NCBI GenBank assembly: GCA_965206645.1
Contig: CBDBKE010000002.1
Location: 96,001 to 160,000 of the forward strand
DNA: 64,000 nt
Origin: Terriglobia bacterium
Lineage (GTDB): Bacteria; Acidobacteriota; Terriglobia; JAJPHL01; JAPKYU01
Direction of reading: 5' to 3'
Each line of letters opens with the position of its first letter. Within the stretch, counting starts at the first letter, position 1. The translations under genes were made by a program, and so were the position numbers. Below the pieces are notes generated by a model, which saw only the letters and a program-made list of their open reading frames with translations, was not told where the DNA came from and ran no database searches. This document shows positions 28,701 to 37,614 of this stretch, one piece after another.

Positions 28701-29046
28701 TCCGGCGCTGGTCCTGCGCAATGCCAGCCCGCCGGAGAACTACTGGCTGCTGGTGAACACGGTGGGCACGCGCAGCAACCGGGAAGGCATCGGGGCTGCG
28801 CTGCGCCTGGTGTCGGGCTCCGGACGCGAGCAGCGCGCCTTTGTGAGCACCGCAGGCAGCTACATGTCCTCCAACGACAAGCGCGTCCACTTCGGCCTGG
28901 GGAGTGAGCGGACCATCCGCCTGCTGGAGATCCGCTGGCCCAGCGGAGTGGTGCAGCGGCTGGAGGGAGTCCAGCCCAACCAGATCCTGACGGTACGCGA
29001 GCCGGAGCGCACCGAATCTGCCCCTCCACAGCCAGCTTCCAATTGA
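25732..29046 (+). CDS. Secreted TPR protein (11 repeats) fused to a CRTAC1-type FG-GAP + ASPIC/UnbV module
   Basis: Same leader as 23396; TPRs to about 27360, then DFDADG/DYDNDG repeats, NREGIGA, RVHFGLG. Confidence 0.92.
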   Translation: MTRRVIVMAGKETGKKNGRQGEWLLVGLLSLAVWAFAGDFASAQASDWETYMEAATKAYREGRYAEAEKQLKAALKEAEAFRPEDPRVATSLNNLAGLYHAQGKYTEAEPLLKRSLAMREKILGPVHPEVARSLNNLAGLHHAQGNYIEAEPLYKRALAIQEKALGPEHPNVATSLNNLAELYRAQGNRAAAEPLFKRAMAIREKVLGPEHPNVATSLSSLAALYHAQGNYAEAEPLFKRALAIQEKVLRPEHPSVATSLNNLAALYHAQANYVAAEPLFKRALAIQEEVLGPEHPDVARSLNNLAGIYRAQENYAAAEPLYKRAMAIQEKVLGPGHPDVATSLNNLAEVYRVQANYATAEPLYKRALAIQEKVLGPEHPSVATSLSNLGGLYNTQANYVAAEPFLRRALAIQEKVLGPEHPDVAMSLNNLAGIYRGPGNYAAAEPLYKRALAIREKVLGPEHPDVVSSLTSLAELYHIQGNYAAAEPLYKRLLATQEKALGPEHPDAAQILNNLARLYRAQGNDAAAEPLFKRLLATREKVLEVVRAGPQSRPASTAPPIAFVDETARSGVNFKTANSKTSEKYLMESMVGGVAMLDFDADGLLDLFLVNGAALADPMPEGARPDKSEPRYWNRLYRNDGDGTFTDVTEEAGVAGYSYGMGAVAGDYDNDGHADLYVTNYGNNILYHNNGDGTFRDVTEQAGVGGGGWSASAAFLDYDRDGHLDLFVTRYVVWDFQLSPFCGDRRPGYRGYCHPRHFKPISHLLYRNNGDGTFTDVSGPSGVEASPGKGLGVAVHDFDRDGWPDIFVANDSFPQQLFRNNGDDTFTETALPLGLAYDDDGKTFAGMGTDFGDYDNDGWPDIFVNALAAQRYALFRNDGDSFEYASGPTEVARITLLHSGWGTKFVDFDNDGWKDLMVAQGHVMDNIHLQQPFARYLEPLLLMRNLGGRFEDVSQQAGPAFQVPLAARGAAFGDLNNDGRPDIVVSVLDGPALVLRNASPPENYWLLVNTVGTRSNREGIGAALRLVSGSGREQRAFVSTAGSYMSSNDKRVHFGLGSERTIRLLEIRWPSGVVQRLEGVQPNQILTVREPERTESAPPQPASN

Positions 29047-29099
29047 CTGGGATGTCCTTAATTGAGATTGGAAGTGGCTTCTCCCCAAGGTAAGGCCCG

Positions 29100-30863
29100 A
29101 TGACGAGAAGAGCGATCGTAATGGCCGGCAAGGAGACCGGCAAGAAGAATGGCCGGCAAGGAGAATGGTTGCTGGTGGGTTTGCTGTCGCTCGTCGTGTG
29201 GGCCTTGGCGGGAGACTTCGCCTTGGCGCAGGCGCCGGACTGGGAGACCTACATGGAGGCGGCTACCAAGGCCTATCGGGAAGGTCGTTACGCCGAGGCC
29301 GAAAAGCAGCTCAAGGCCGCCCTGAAGGAAGCGGAAGACTTCCGGCCAGAGGATCCGCGCATGGCCACGAGCCTGAATAACCTGGCGGGGCTGTATCACG
29401 CCCAGGGCAAGTACGCGGAAGCCGAACCGCTGTTGAAGCGCGCGCTGGCGATGCGGGAGGAGGTTCTGGGGCCGGAGCATCCGGAGGTGGCCAGGAGTCT
29501 TAGCAGCCTGGCGGGGCTGTTTCATGCCCAGGGCAAGTACGCGGAAGCCGAACCGCTGTTGAAGCGCGCGCTGGCGATCCAGGAGAAGGTTCTGGGGCCG
29601 CAGCATCCCAACGTAGCCACGAGTCTCAACAACCTGGCGGAGTTTTACCGCCTCCAGGGCAACTACGCCGCAGCCGAATCGCTGTTCAAGCGCTCGCTGG
29701 CGATCCGGGAGAAGGTTCTGGGGCCGGAGCATCCCGATGTGGCCACGAGTCTTAGCAGCCTGGCGGTGCTTTACCACACCCAGGACAACTACGCAGTAGC
29801 TGAACCCCTCTTTAAACGCTCGCTGGCGATCCAGAAGAAGGTTCTGGGGCCGGAGCATCCCAACGTAGCCACGAGTCTCAACAACTTGGCGGCGCTTTAC
29901 AACACTCAGGCCAACTACGTCGCAGCCGAACCGCTCTTCAAGCGTTCACTGGCGATCCAGGAGAAGGTTCTGGGGCCGGAACATCCCGATGTGGCCAGGA
30001 GTCTCAACAACCTAGCGGAGCTTTACCGCGCCCAGGGCAACCACGCCGCTGGCGAACCGCTCTACAAACGCTCGCTGGCGATCCGAGAAAGGGTTCTAGG
30101 GCCGGAGCATCCCGATGTGGCCATGAGCCTCAACAACCTAGCGGAGCTGCACGTCAGCCAAGGCAACTACGCGGCAGCCGAACCGCTCTACAAGCGCTTG
30201 CTGGCGATCCAGGAGAAGACTCTGGGGCCGGGGCATCCCGACGTGGCCCAGACCCTCAACAGCCTGGCACGGCTTTACCGCAACCAAGACAACCACCCGG
30301 AAGCCGAACCGCTCTTGAAGCGCGCGCTGGCGATCCGGGAGAAGGTTCTGGAGCCGGCGCATCCCGACATAGCTCAGAGCCTTAACAACCTGGAGGAGCT
30401 TTACCGCTCCCAGGGCAACTACGCCGCGGCCGAACCACTCTTGAAGCGCTTGCTGGCGATCCAGGAGAAGCTTCTGGGACCGGAACATCCCAAGGTAGCC
30501 ACGAGCCTCAACAACCTGGCGAAGCTTTACCGCGTCCAGAGCGACTACGCCGAAGCGGAACCGCTCTTGAAGCGCGCGCTGGCGATCCAGGAGAAGCTTC
30601 TGGGACCGGAGCATCCCGACGTGGCCCGGAGCCTCAACAACCTAGCGGAGCTTTACAACATCCAAGGCAACTACGCGGCAGCCGAACCAATCTTCAAGCG
30701 CGCGCTGGCGATCCGGGAGAAGGCTCTGGGGCCGCAGCATCCCGACGTGGCGAGCAGCCTCGACGGCTTGGCCGAGATCTACCGCAAGCAAGGTAAATAT
30801 GGCGACGCCGAGCCGCTGTTCCACCGCGCGCTCGTGATCCGGGAAAAGGTCTTGGGGCGATAA
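29100..30863 (+). CDS. Secreted TPR protein (12 repeats), C-terminally truncated paralog
   Basis: Same leader; stops at REKVLGR and lacks the last two repeats and cap seen in 23396-25564. Confidence 0.9.
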   Translation: MTRRAIVMAGKETGKKNGRQGEWLLVGLLSLVVWALAGDFALAQAPDWETYMEAATKAYREGRYAEAEKQLKAALKEAEDFRPEDPRMATSLNNLAGLYHAQGKYAEAEPLLKRALAMREEVLGPEHPEVARSLSSLAGLFHAQGKYAEAEPLLKRALAIQEKVLGPQHPNVATSLNNLAEFYRLQGNYAAAESLFKRSLAIREKVLGPEHPDVATSLSSLAVLYHTQDNYAVAEPLFKRSLAIQKKVLGPEHPNVATSLNNLAALYNTQANYVAAEPLFKRSLAIQEKVLGPEHPDVARSLNNLAELYRAQGNHAAGEPLYKRSLAIRERVLGPEHPDVAMSLNNLAELHVSQGNYAAAEPLYKRLLAIQEKTLGPGHPDVAQTLNSLARLYRNQDNHPEAEPLLKRALAIREKVLEPAHPDIAQSLNNLEELYRSQGNYAAAEPLLKRLLAIQEKLLGPEHPKVATSLNNLAKLYRVQSDYAEAEPLLKRALAIQEKLLGPEHPDVARSLNNLAELYNIQGNYAAAEPIFKRALAIREKALGPQHPDVASSLDGLAEIYRKQGKYGDAEPLFHRALVIREKVLGR

Positions 30864-30978
30864 CCTGAAGAGATAACCTCGGGAAATGAGACGGAAATAG
30901 GCTATCTGCAAAGCAGGTCTCCGAGGCCATGATTTCTTACCCTGTCCTTTGCCAAGAGCTCATCCATAGTAGTCCTGA
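30859..30978 (+). repeat. About 120-bp trailer repeat, copy 2
   Basis: Homologous to 25546-25670. Confidence 0.9.
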
Positions 30979-31091
30979 ATGAGAGCTAAGCTACTGACAG
31001 CAAGGGATTTGGTGGTGGTGGTGGTGTGTGGAGCGCCAGGGCATTGCCGGATGGTGGTACTGAAGGCTTCAGAACACTTACGAAAAAACAC

Positions 31092-31121
31092 TTGACAGTG
31101 AAAACTATGGCCTCCTACTAT
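31092..31121 (+). promoter_or_regulatory. Sigma70-type promoter
   Basis: TTGACA-N18-TACTAT upstream of the TonB receptor. Confidence 0.6.
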
Positions 31122-31182
31122 ACCCTCGCGGTCAGGTGGTAGCGATACTTAACTTAACGCCAAAAAGGATGGGAAGAAGGTT

Positions 31183-34100
31183 ATGACGAGGACGCTCGCG
31201 ATCAGTGTTTTGGTTTTCGTGTTGGCATTCGCGCTGAACTTGCAGGCCCAGGGCGATCGAGGAATGATTCGGGGAACGGTGCTCGATCCTACGGGAGCGG
31301 CAGTCCCCGGAGCCACAGTCACAGTCACCAACACGGGCACAGGCGCCGATACGGTTACATCGACGAGCGGCTCCGGCCTTTACAACGTTGCGCAACTCGT
31401 GCCGGGGACCTACGTCGTGTCGGTGGAGCTGACCGGCTTCAAGCGCGCAGTGGCAGACGGTGTCGAAGTCAATGTGGGTGCTGTGGTGGGCTTAGACTTC
31501 ACGCTGGAACTGGGCGCGGTGGCCGAAAGCGTGGAGGTGACGGCGGCGGCGCCACAACTGCGAACCGAGACCACCGAGGTCGGGACCGTGCTTCCTCAAG
31601 TCGTGATGACCGATCTCCCGATTGAGGTTGGGGGCAGCGGCCGGCGGCCGATAAGTTTCATTTTCCTGGCGCCGGGCGCCTCTGCGGGCGGCGCGTATAG
31701 ACCTGAGGGTGATGTCCGAAGCAATCCCGGCTCTACCTTCTACCAGAGAATCAATGGTGGCCAGTTTGGGTCGCTGGAACAGAACCTGGACGGCCTGACG
31801 TTGCATGTGGGGCCGGGTGCGATGCAAAGCACCAATGAATTGAGCATGGCGCCGGAAGCAGTTCAGGAAGCCTCGCTTTCGTCCAGCACCGCCTCGGCGG
31901 AGACCAACTCCGGTGGCGGTACGGCAAAATTCATCACAAAGTCCGGAACCAATGAGCTTCACGGCAACCTGTATTATTTCTGGCGCAACGACTACCTCGA
32001 CGCGAGCGGTTTCACCAATCCAAAGGCCCCGAAGCGGCGCTGGAACGAGTTTGGATTTAGTGCGGGCGGCCCTGTCATCAAGGATCGGCTCTTCAGCTTT
32101 GTCAATGTCAACTGGTTCCGACGCAGTGATGAGGGAGGGAGCGACTTTCTTTCGGTGCCGACTGCCGCCGTCAAGAGCGGCGATCTTTCTTCGCTGCTGG
32201 GTGCTGAGGTCGCGCCTGGCCTCCGGGCGAACCAGCTCTTTGATCCGGCAACCACCCGCGACGACGGGCTAGGCGGGTTCACGCGCGACCCGTTCCCGGG
32301 AAACATCATCCCATCGGACCGGATCAGTCAAGTATCGAAGAACATCAACGGCTTTCTCGCCGCTCCGACAAGCGCCGGCGACTTCAATAATTATCTGTCT
32401 ACAAGCGCGCCGAAGGCTAAGAACCTCAAATGGACCACGCGAACAGATTTCCGGATTACTGATCGGCAGAATTTCTTCATCATGATCAACTACCATCCCA
32501 ACCCCAGGTTATCCCTGCATGCCCTCCCCTTCCCGCACGGCCAGACGACGCGGGGGGGTCTCAACGAGGGCCACTTCCGCGCTGCCTGGGACATCATGAT
32601 CACGCCGACGGTGACCAATCGTTTTTCGGGCGGCTACAATCGGCAGTTTGAATCGTACCAGGTCCGGGGCCATGGCGATGGGTGGGCCGACAGGCTGGGG
32701 TTCCCGACCCGGGGCCCACAGAGTCAGGCGCCCTTCACCGGCATCCATGACGGCGCGTTCCCCGACATTAGATTCAGCTCCTATACTCAGATTAGCGGCT
32801 CGGGGGGTTCGATCGATACGCTGACCAAGTTCTTTCAGGACCTGTTCGTTTTTAACGACACCCTGACTGTGATTCGCGGCAAGCACAACATGAAGATCGG
32901 TATGGACTACCGCAACAACCAGACGGATCAGTTTTCGGCTCCCACCAACGGCCGCTTCCAGTTCGCGCGGACCGAGACTGCGCATCCTGCGTTCCCGGGC
33001 CAAACGGGCTTTGATTTCGGGAGCTACCTGTTAGGCGACGTGGACAATGCTGGGCTGCTTGACCCGTCATTTACCAACGACCTGTCGCAAGCCCGGAGTT
33101 CAATTCTCGGACTGTTTTTCCAGGATGACATCAAGATCACCCCCACCCTCACTATGAACCTGGGTTTGAGATGGGATGCGTTCTTCCCGATGACGGAGAG
33201 GAATGATAACTGGTCGATCCTGGATCTCAACCTGCCCAATCCCGGCGCCGGCGGACGGCCTGGTGCGCTGATCTTTGCTGGTGATGGCGCGGGCCGCACC
33301 GGATCGAGTCGTATTCTCGGCGCGGACCAGGTGGAATACACCAACTTTGCTCCGCGCCTCGGCCTGGCCTGGAGGGTTGCGCCGAACACGGTAGTGCGTG
33401 TCGGATACGGGCTCAACTACTTTGGCACTCTGATCGACCAGGCTGGGAACATGCGGCGCTCGGGGTTAGGCTTTGAGGCCTCGCCCAGTCTCATATCGCC
33501 CGATAACGGCCTCACGGCGGCCTTCAACTGGGGTGCTGTGGGGTTTCCAAACTATTTACGGCCTCCGCTTATCGATCCGGCCTTCGCCAATGGCAGCCGC
33601 GCCTGGGAGTTCCACGAGACCCACCGTAAGCCCTACAGGCAGGAATGGACCTTCAATATTCAGCATCAGTTGCCCGGCAACTGGCTCATTGACCTCGCCT
33701 ATGTGGCCAACAAGGGAACCCGGCTGAACAGCGGGATGTTTGCTCAAAACCAGCTCAATCCGAGCTTCCTCGGGCTGGGTCCCCTGCTCGGCCGGAACTT
33801 TGCAGACGACGCTCCTCTTCTGGCGGCGGAGGGCTTCTCGCCTCCCTACGCAGGATTCACGGGCACCCTGGGCCAGTCCTTGCGGCCCTACCCACAGTAC
33901 AACATTGTCGGGACCGTTGGGGATATCGGAGGGGACAATTTTGACGCGGTCGGCATCGGAAACTCAACCTTCCACTCGTTCCAGGCGAAGGTCGAGAGAC
34001 GGCTCACGCGGGGTCTATACCTGCTGAGTTCGTTCCGCTGGCAAAAGCACATAACCGACTCGGATTCGAATTGGGGCGCGTTCTTTTCGCCATCGGCGCG

Positions 34101-34707
34101 GGACCACTATAACCGGCAACTGGAAAAGGCGCTTTCGCCTTCCGATCTTACGGCGCGATTTGTCGCAGGGTTCATGTATGAATTGCCGTTCGGTCCCGGA
34201 AAGCTGCTAGGCGGCGGGACGACCGGGGCGACGGCCAAGATACTAGGCGGCTGGCAGATCACCGGGATTATCAACTACCAGTCGGGAAATCCGCTCTCGG
34301 TGCTCGCGCCCAACACCGTGGGCCTGTTTACTCGCCGCGCCCTTCCCAACGTGGTGCCGGGAGCGAATCCGGTGGCAGGGTCCACCAGCGATTTCGAAAT
34401 CGGAGTCACCTCATACCTCAACCGAAGTGCTTTTGACCTTCCCGCGCCGAATACCTTCGGCGACGCGCCTTCGATCCTGAGCAACGGTAGGCATTTCTCG
34501 TTCTACAACGAGAACATCGGGCTGATCAAGCGAACCAATATCACGGAAAGCGTGAATATCGAATGGCGGCTTGAGTTCTTCAACGTCCTCAACCGGGTGC
34601 GGTTCGGCGGTCCGGCCGTCAATGTGGCCAATCCTAACTTTGGCCTAGTTGGCGGCTTGGGACTGCAACCTCGCGTTGGACAGATGGGGCTGAAGATCAA
34701 CTTCTAA
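31183..34707 (+). CDS. TonB-dependent receptor with N-terminal carboxypeptidase-regulatory-like domain
   Basis: GTVLDPTGAAVPGATV, TKSGTNELHG, NFAPRLGLAW, C-terminal PRVGQMGLKINF. Confidence 0.93.
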   Translation: MTRTLAISVLVFVLAFALNLQAQGDRGMIRGTVLDPTGAAVPGATVTVTNTGTGADTVTSTSGSGLYNVAQLVPGTYVVSVELTGFKRAVADGVEVNVGAVVGLDFTLELGAVAESVEVTAAAPQLRTETTEVGTVLPQVVMTDLPIEVGGSGRRPISFIFLAPGASAGGAYRPEGDVRSNPGSTFYQRINGGQFGSLEQNLDGLTLHVGPGAMQSTNELSMAPEAVQEASLSSSTASAETNSGGGTAKFITKSGTNELHGNLYYFWRNDYLDASGFTNPKAPKRRWNEFGFSAGGPVIKDRLFSFVNVNWFRRSDEGGSDFLSVPTAAVKSGDLSSLLGAEVAPGLRANQLFDPATTRDDGLGGFTRDPFPGNIIPSDRISQVSKNINGFLAAPTSAGDFNNYLSTSAPKAKNLKWTTRTDFRITDRQNFFIMINYHPNPRLSLHALPFPHGQTTRGGLNEGHFRAAWDIMITPTVTNRFSGGYNRQFESYQVRGHGDGWADRLGFPTRGPQSQAPFTGIHDGAFPDIRFSSYTQISGSGGSIDTLTKFFQDLFVFNDTLTVIRGKHNMKIGMDYRNNQTDQFSAPTNGRFQFARTETAHPAFPGQTGFDFGSYLLGDVDNAGLLDPSFTNDLSQARSSILGLFFQDDIKITPTLTMNLGLRWDAFFPMTERNDNWSILDLNLPNPGAGGRPGALIFAGDGAGRTGSSRILGADQVEYTNFAPRLGLAWRVAPNTVVRVGYGLNYFGTLIDQAGNMRRSGLGFEASPSLISPDNGLTAAFNWGAVGFPNYLRPPLIDPAFANGSRAWEFHETHRKPYRQEWTFNIQHQLPGNWLIDLAYVANKGTRLNSGMFAQNQLNPSFLGLGPLLGRNFADDAPLLAAEGFSPPYAGFTGTLGQSLRPYPQYNIVGTVGDIGGDNFDAVGIGNSTFHSFQAKVERRLTRGLYLLSSFRWQKHITDSDSNWGAFFSPSARDHYNRQLEKALSPSDLTARFVAGFMYELPFGPGKLLGGGTTGATAKILGGWQITGIINYQSGNPLSVLAPNTVGLFTRRALPNVVPGANPVAGSTSDFEIGVTSYLNRSAFDLPAPNTFGDAPSILSNGRHFSFYNENIGLIKRTNITESVNIEWRLEFFNVLNRVRFGGPAVNVANPNFGLVGGLGLQPRVGQMGLKINF

Positions 34708-34726
34708 GCTCCTATCCACACACAAG

Positions 34727-34766
34727 GTCCGCCTCCAGACGCAAGTCTGGAGGCGGATTTGCTTTT
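34727..34766 (+). terminator. Rho-independent terminator
   Basis: GTCCGCCTCCAGAC-GCAA-GTCTGGAGGCGGAT followed by TTGCTTTT. Confidence 0.8.
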
Positions 34767-35149
34767 GGGGCGGGAGATCCTTCCCCGTTCTCCCCATAAC
34801 CAACCGAATGCAAGTTGCTTACATAGAATGACTTGCGCGCATTCAGGCAGGCCGCACTCCGTTCGCTGTTCCCACGTCTCGGGTCTCCCGCCGAGAATAG
34901 GTGTTTCGGGTGAGGCGCGGTGTTCCTATCACTCCCAGGGAAAACCCCAAGCTCTATAAACCAAGAGCACTTGACAACCGGGTGGCCTGGGACCGAGTAT
35001 CGCTTCAACACAATCCCTGCCAAAGGAGCTTCTCATACAACAGATAAAATCGTTCGGCATCCTGCAGACGGCGAAGGTTTCAGGTGTTATGTACCTGATT
35101 TTCTCAGCCGTATTCGCGATTCCATTCGCCGTGATTGGTGCCCTGGGGG

Positions 35150-36429
35150 TGACCTGCCGGCTTTCTTCGGACCACCGATTACTGGAGAACAGCGCCAGTC
35201 GGCATGGTTAAGTCGCTCTCGTGTTCTTCTTGGTCAGCGTGAGCCGGCATCGCCGGCGAGCGCCCACCGTCATCCGAGCCAGCACGGAGCTGCGCTTTGA
35301 ACTCGGCTGGCGTCAGATAGCCAAGGCTCGAGTGCGGTCGCACGTCGTTGTAGTGCCGTCGCCATTGCTCGATCCCCACCTTCGCGTCCACGCGGTTCCG
35401 AAACCACTGCAGGCTCAGATACTCGTCGCGGAACTTCCCGTTGAACGATTCGTCGGTCGCATTCTGCCACGGCTTGCCCGGCTCGATGAGCGCGGTTTCG
35501 ATCTGCGCCTGGAGCAGCCACCGGAGAATCGCACCCGCGACAAACTCGGGGCCGTTGTCGGACCGGAGGTAACGTGGGGCTCCGTGGACGCTCACGAGCT
35601 GCGTGAGCACCTCGATAACGCGCCCGGACCGAATGCCGCCGGCCACGTCGATCGCGAGTGACTCGCGGGTCCATTCGTCGACGACGGTGAGGCACTTGAG
35701 CGTCTGCCCATTCGCGCAGGTGTCGAACACGAAGTCGTACGCCCAGACGTGATTGACCGCAGTGGCGGGCACCGGGCGGGGCCGGCTCAGGGCGACCCGG
35801 CGCCGCGGCCGCCGCCGAGGCACCTGCAACCCCGCCTGGCGCCAGAGGCGATGGGTCCGGTCCGTGCTCATCGTGTGCCCTTCGCGTTTTAGGAAAATCC
35901 GAATCCGGCGATAGCCGTACCGCGGATACTGCGCCGCCAGACGACGCATCGCGGCCAGCGCCGGGGCATCCCGGTCGACCAGCCGCGACTGGTAGCCCAG
36001 CGTGGACCGTGCGACGGAGAGCAAGGCGCACGCGCGGCGACCCGACAGACCGCGTGCACGTGCATACGCGACCTGCGGCCGGCGCACGCGTGCGCCTACC
36101 ATTTTTTTCGGGTGATCTCCTTGAGCACGTCGATCTCCAGATCTCGATCGGCCACCATCTTTTTCAGCCGGCCGTTCTCCTGCTCGAGCTGCCGCAGCCG
36201 CTTCACATCGGCGGGCTCCAACGTGCCGAAGTGTTTCCGCCAGGCGTAGAGCGTCTGGGCGCTGACGCCGTTCTTTTTGGCCACCTCCGGAACGGGCCGC
36301 TGATCGGCCTCGCGGAGGATCGTCACCATCTGCTCTTCGGTAAACCGGGTCTTCTTCATGGCTCCCTCGTTTCTCCGAGGGCGCCATTCTCTCAGGCTTC
36401 AGCTGGTCCGGAAATCGCCAGGCAGGTCA
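35150..36429 (-). mobile_element. IS3-family insertion sequence (1280 bp)
   Basis: IRs TGACCTGCCGGCTTTCTTCGGACCA / TGGTCCGGAAATCGCCAGGCAGGTCA; 4-bp target duplication GGGG. Confidence 0.95.
35179..36359 (-). CDS. IS3-family transposase OrfAB (-1 programmed frameshift)
   Basis: OrfA 36096-36359 MKKTRFTEEQ ends in an A7 run; OrfB has YGYRRI, WAYDF, RSDNGPEF, PGKPWQN, RPHSSLGY. Confidence 0.93.
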
Positions 36430-36713
36430 GGGGCAGTACTGTCAGGGAAGCCCGAGGGTCTACTTATGCTGTTATTGATTTTCCTTCCTCTTCTCTACGC
36501 GGTTATGGGTGCCGTTTTTGCGGCGTTAGGCTGTTTGGTTTACAACTTGGTTGCTGCGAAGATAGGTGGGGTCGAAGTCGAGCTGCAATAGCTCCTCATT
36601 TGCGTTTTCACATTTCAAAGCTTGTTCATGCTGTCCAAACTCATCCTCGGGATCCGGAAAATCGCCAAATTGGTTGGCCGAATTGGCTGATTGTAGCTCC
36701 AATGTCTCACCCG

Positions 36714-37598
36714 TTATTGCACGTCCTCCATCAGCCGCCGTAAATAAGTGACATTATGCTGCACGGCAGTGCGAGGATCGTCCTCCCCTTGGTACTCGAT
36801 CATCAAGTGCCCAGCGTACCGCATGCGATTCAGTTCAGCCAAGATCGGACGGAGCTCCACCTCTCCACCATCAAGAACAGTGTCGATGTAGCGCTGGCCG
36901 CTGTCGGAATCCTTGTACCGCTCTGCCTGCTCGCCAGGGGCGAGAGCCCGGTTGTTCCTGAGGTGAACATGTGCCAAGTAAGGGCCCACTTCAAGAAGCG
37001 CATCCTGCGGGTTCTCGTCAACGAACGTGGTCGCAGCGATATCGTAGATGAGTCGGAATGCAGGAGAATCGACTTGCGCGCAGATCTCACGGCACTGAGA
37101 ACCTCGGCCCATCAGGGGACGACCCCAATCGTCGTCCAGGTTTTCGATGGCGAGCATCACGCCCAGCGACTTGGCATGGCTAGCGCATTCACGAAGCCCC
37201 TCGACCAGCCAGCTACGTTGTTCCTGCAGCGGGACGTTTTCCTTGACCGAACCCGGTATGATCATCGCAAGCGAAGCACCCAGTTCCGCGGTCCGATCCA
37301 GTAGGGAAAAAGCAGTGCCGAGCGCAGCCTTACGGTCCCTCGACGGCAGGACCAGATCAACCAGGAAGATATAGCAGATGATAGGTAAACCAGAGTCGGC
37401 GGCGAGGGCCTTTACATACGTAGGCGAGCAGTTCTCCCAGTAAAAGTGCGTGAGGTCGAGACCATCTACGCCTAAAGTTCCATAGAACCGAACGATCTCT
37501 TCGGGGGTGAGGCAGCCTGCCCTGGCTCTCGGTTCCTGAAAACACTCTTTGAAAGCCCAATCCGCGTTGTAATCCGTCACCGAAATACGGTTACGCAT
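36714..37598 (-). CDS. Sugar phosphate isomerase/epimerase family TIM-barrel protein
   Basis: LAIEN, LIYD, HVHLRN, MIEYQG motifs. Confidence 0.8.
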   Translation of the reverse strand: MRNRISVTDYNADWAFKECFQEPRARAGCLTPEEIVRFYGTLGVDGLDLTHFYWENCSPTYVKALAADSGLPIICYIFLVDLVLPSRDRKAALGTAFSLLDRTAELGASLAMIIPGSVKENVPLQEQRSWLVEGLRECASHAKSLGVMLAIENLDDDWGRPLMGRGSQCREICAQVDSPAFRLIYDIAATTFVDENPQDALLEVGPYLAHVHLRNNRALAPGEQAERYKDSDSGQRYIDTVLDGGEVELRPILAELNRMRYAGHLMIEYQGEDDPRTAVQHNVTYLRRLMEDVQ

Positions 37599-37614
37599 GG
37601 CGCCGCGAACTGGT

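Larger units (their letters stand above)
35035..36591 (+). pseudogene. Small membrane protein (DUF3566-like) interrupted by an IS3 element
   Basis: IQQIKSFGILQTAKVSGVMYLIFSAVFAIPFAVIGALG joins in frame to AVLSGKPEG...LVYNLVAAKIGGVEVELQ once the IS and one GGGG are removed; AAGGAG precedes an ATA codon. Confidence 0.75.

Noticed and set aside
23396-30863. CRISPR array or diversity-generating retroelement in the repeat region
   Set aside because: Repeats are 126-bp in-frame coding units with no spacers; no cas or reverse transcriptase gene; no invariant template repeat seen.
30987-31050. (GGT)n tract with TGGAGCGCCAGGG resembling a reversed tRNA 3' end
   Set aside because: Does not match either tRNA in the window and has no T-loop motif.
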